In this document: positions 62,579 to 64,000 of the stretch, piece by piece
Position numbering within the stretch: position 1 is the stretch's first letter
Layout of the letters: every line of letters begins with the position of its first letter
Origin: an uncultured Verrucomicrobiae bacterium
GTDB taxonomy: Bacteria > Verrucomicrobiota > Verrucomicrobiia > Chthoniobacterales > Terrimicrobiaceae
Length of the DNA: 64,000 nucleotides
NCBI GenBank assembly: GCA_963706955.1
Contig: CAVPOC010000001.1
Span: forward strand, 1 to 64,000
Reading direction: 5' to 3'
Translations under genes and position numbers: made by a program
Notes under the pieces: model-generated
Databases searched by the model: none
Told to the model about the DNA's origin: nothing
What the model saw: the letters and a program-made list of their open reading frames with translations, nothing else

Positions 62579-64000
62579 GTTCCTTTCCGAGAAAAATAAG
62601 CGGTCACGACGTAAGCAAGCGTCGTGACGACAAAAACAAGCATCGTCGCCAAAGCGAACAGAAGGAGAGGACCGTAACTCCCGCGATAACGTGAATTGTC
62701 GAGGGCGTGGATCAGCGCGATGGTCACCGCATTACCCGCCGGCGCCAGGAAAAATATCGTCGCGACAAAGGCAGCCAAACGAAACTGCGCAAGAGAAGGG
62801 ACAAATAGGCAGGATGTCGCCGAGAGCAAAAACGCAATCTCAATCCAGAATGCCGCTGATCGGACGATTCGCAGCAGACCACGGAATGGACCGAGGATCT
62901 CCAAGTCGGCGAACTGCGCAGCCTGCAGGACGGCGCTGCGCCGATAAGTGTCAAACATTTCTCTGACCGGTTGGCTGATCGTTGCATCGAGTGATTCGGG
63001 AATCGTCGTGAGGACATATTCATAGAGCTTTCCCATTTTGATGCGCGTGCGAAAGAATGTGCCGTCGTCAGGAAAAAAGAAATAACCTAGCTGCGTGAAA
63101 ACTTTGCGCGCATAAGAAAACGGCTCGCTGACGATCCCGGAGAGGAAGCTGCTTCGGCAGAACGAGGCAATCTCCTGGCGCGACATTCCCTGCTCCCTGC
63201 TCAAGAAACGGAAACACCGTTGAGCGATACATCAAGTAGTCCGGATCGAAGCCCAGCCTCGGATAATAGCTGGCGAGTGTTCGGGCGGTTTCCATCTCCC
63301 GGTCGAGAACCGGAAGGAAAGCCTCGAGAAAGCGGCGACGTTGCTCAGGGGCTTCGGCATGCTTCCAGTTCGTGCCGCATGCTCGCTTGGATGACATCGG
63401 CGTGGATGGTAAAGAGCGTCATCGGAAGAACGAGGCGCGTTTCGCCCGTGCGGATGAAAAGAAGTTTGTCCGGCAGGATCAGGGTAGACACGATGAGGAA
63501 CATGCCGAGCAAAGGAGTCAGGAGTCGAAGGCTGAGCGGAATGGCTCTGCCAAAAAGACCTACAAAAACCGGCAAAGTAGTCGCCGCCACCGAGAGGAGC
63601 CAGTTGGGCTTGAGGATAAAGAGTGCATACGCGAGCAGCATGGCGAGGGCTCCAAAGAGGAGGGAGGCAATGGCTCTGGGTTGGTGCCACCGAAATCGGC
63701 AATAGCTGGCGATACAGAAAAGCTGGAGAAACGCTGTGAAGGCCATGATCCCTTCAGGCCGAATCGAGAGCTCGAGCGCGAGGGCGATTGGACTGAAAAG
63801 ATAGAGGGCCACGGTGAGCAGACCTATGATAATCGCGGCGATCTCGAGAATGAACGGTTTTGGCAACAGGGCCGTCCAGCTTCTCCATGTGAGCCACATG
63901 AAGATTGCCGCAACCACTCCGAGGGTCTGTTGGATAATGATGTATCCGGAAAAAGATCCCGTGAGTCGAAGGCACGCGGCGATGAATGCTCCGTAGAGCC
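62575..64000 (-). CDS. Multi-TM membrane protein (5' end outside window; frameshifted)
   Basis: Consecutive hydrophobic ORF pieces 63917-63345, 63397-63068, 63204-62575; IRPE, LKP, HALDNSRY. Confidence 0.6.

Noticed and set aside
51515..64000. Frameshifts in coaB-like, glgA, DUF4385, ABM, aminotransferase, nuoA and membrane genes
   Set aside because: Same scattered single-indel pattern; cannot be told from error without reads

Overview
About 64 kb of bacterial chromosome. The long PVC-type GreA and the gene content suggest Verrucomicrobiota, probably Chthoniobacterales-like (inference). Housekeeping blocks (prs-rplY-pth-rpsF-ssb; comM/yifB; nfo; glcD-glcF-cls; sugar ABC; prfB-ftsB-eno-greA; coaB-like/glgA; nuoA) alternate with accessory patches. 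Many single-base frameshifts fall in essential genes, which points to uncorrected indel errors, so frameshifted genes are mostly called CDS rather than pseudogene. Three things stand out. (1) A translationally coupled operon SIR2-SIR2-[nSTAND1 NTPase/TM/WD40] at 22.7-28.3 kb, an NLR/Avs-like conflict system with the effector encoded separately. The motif-intact SIR2 is interrupted by one in-frame UGA right after its GAG motif, and the second SIR2 has degenerate catalytic motifs. (2) Four degenerate copies of one short coding-like element (consensus ..(F/Y)QxAxSMGFKGDFR(Q/A)WEHLLRI(GD/HE)*). They form two direct-repeat pairs, each enclosing a small cargo gene on the opposite strand, a cassette-like layout seen at two unlinked loci (14.3-15.0 kb and 37.0-37.6 kb). 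(3) comM carries a 404-bp diverged tandem duplication and is followed by a 50-bp comM fragment, a 24-bp inverted-repeat pair and a 15-bp direct-repeat pair. No rRNA, tRNA, CRISPR array or intact integrase/transposase was recognised.
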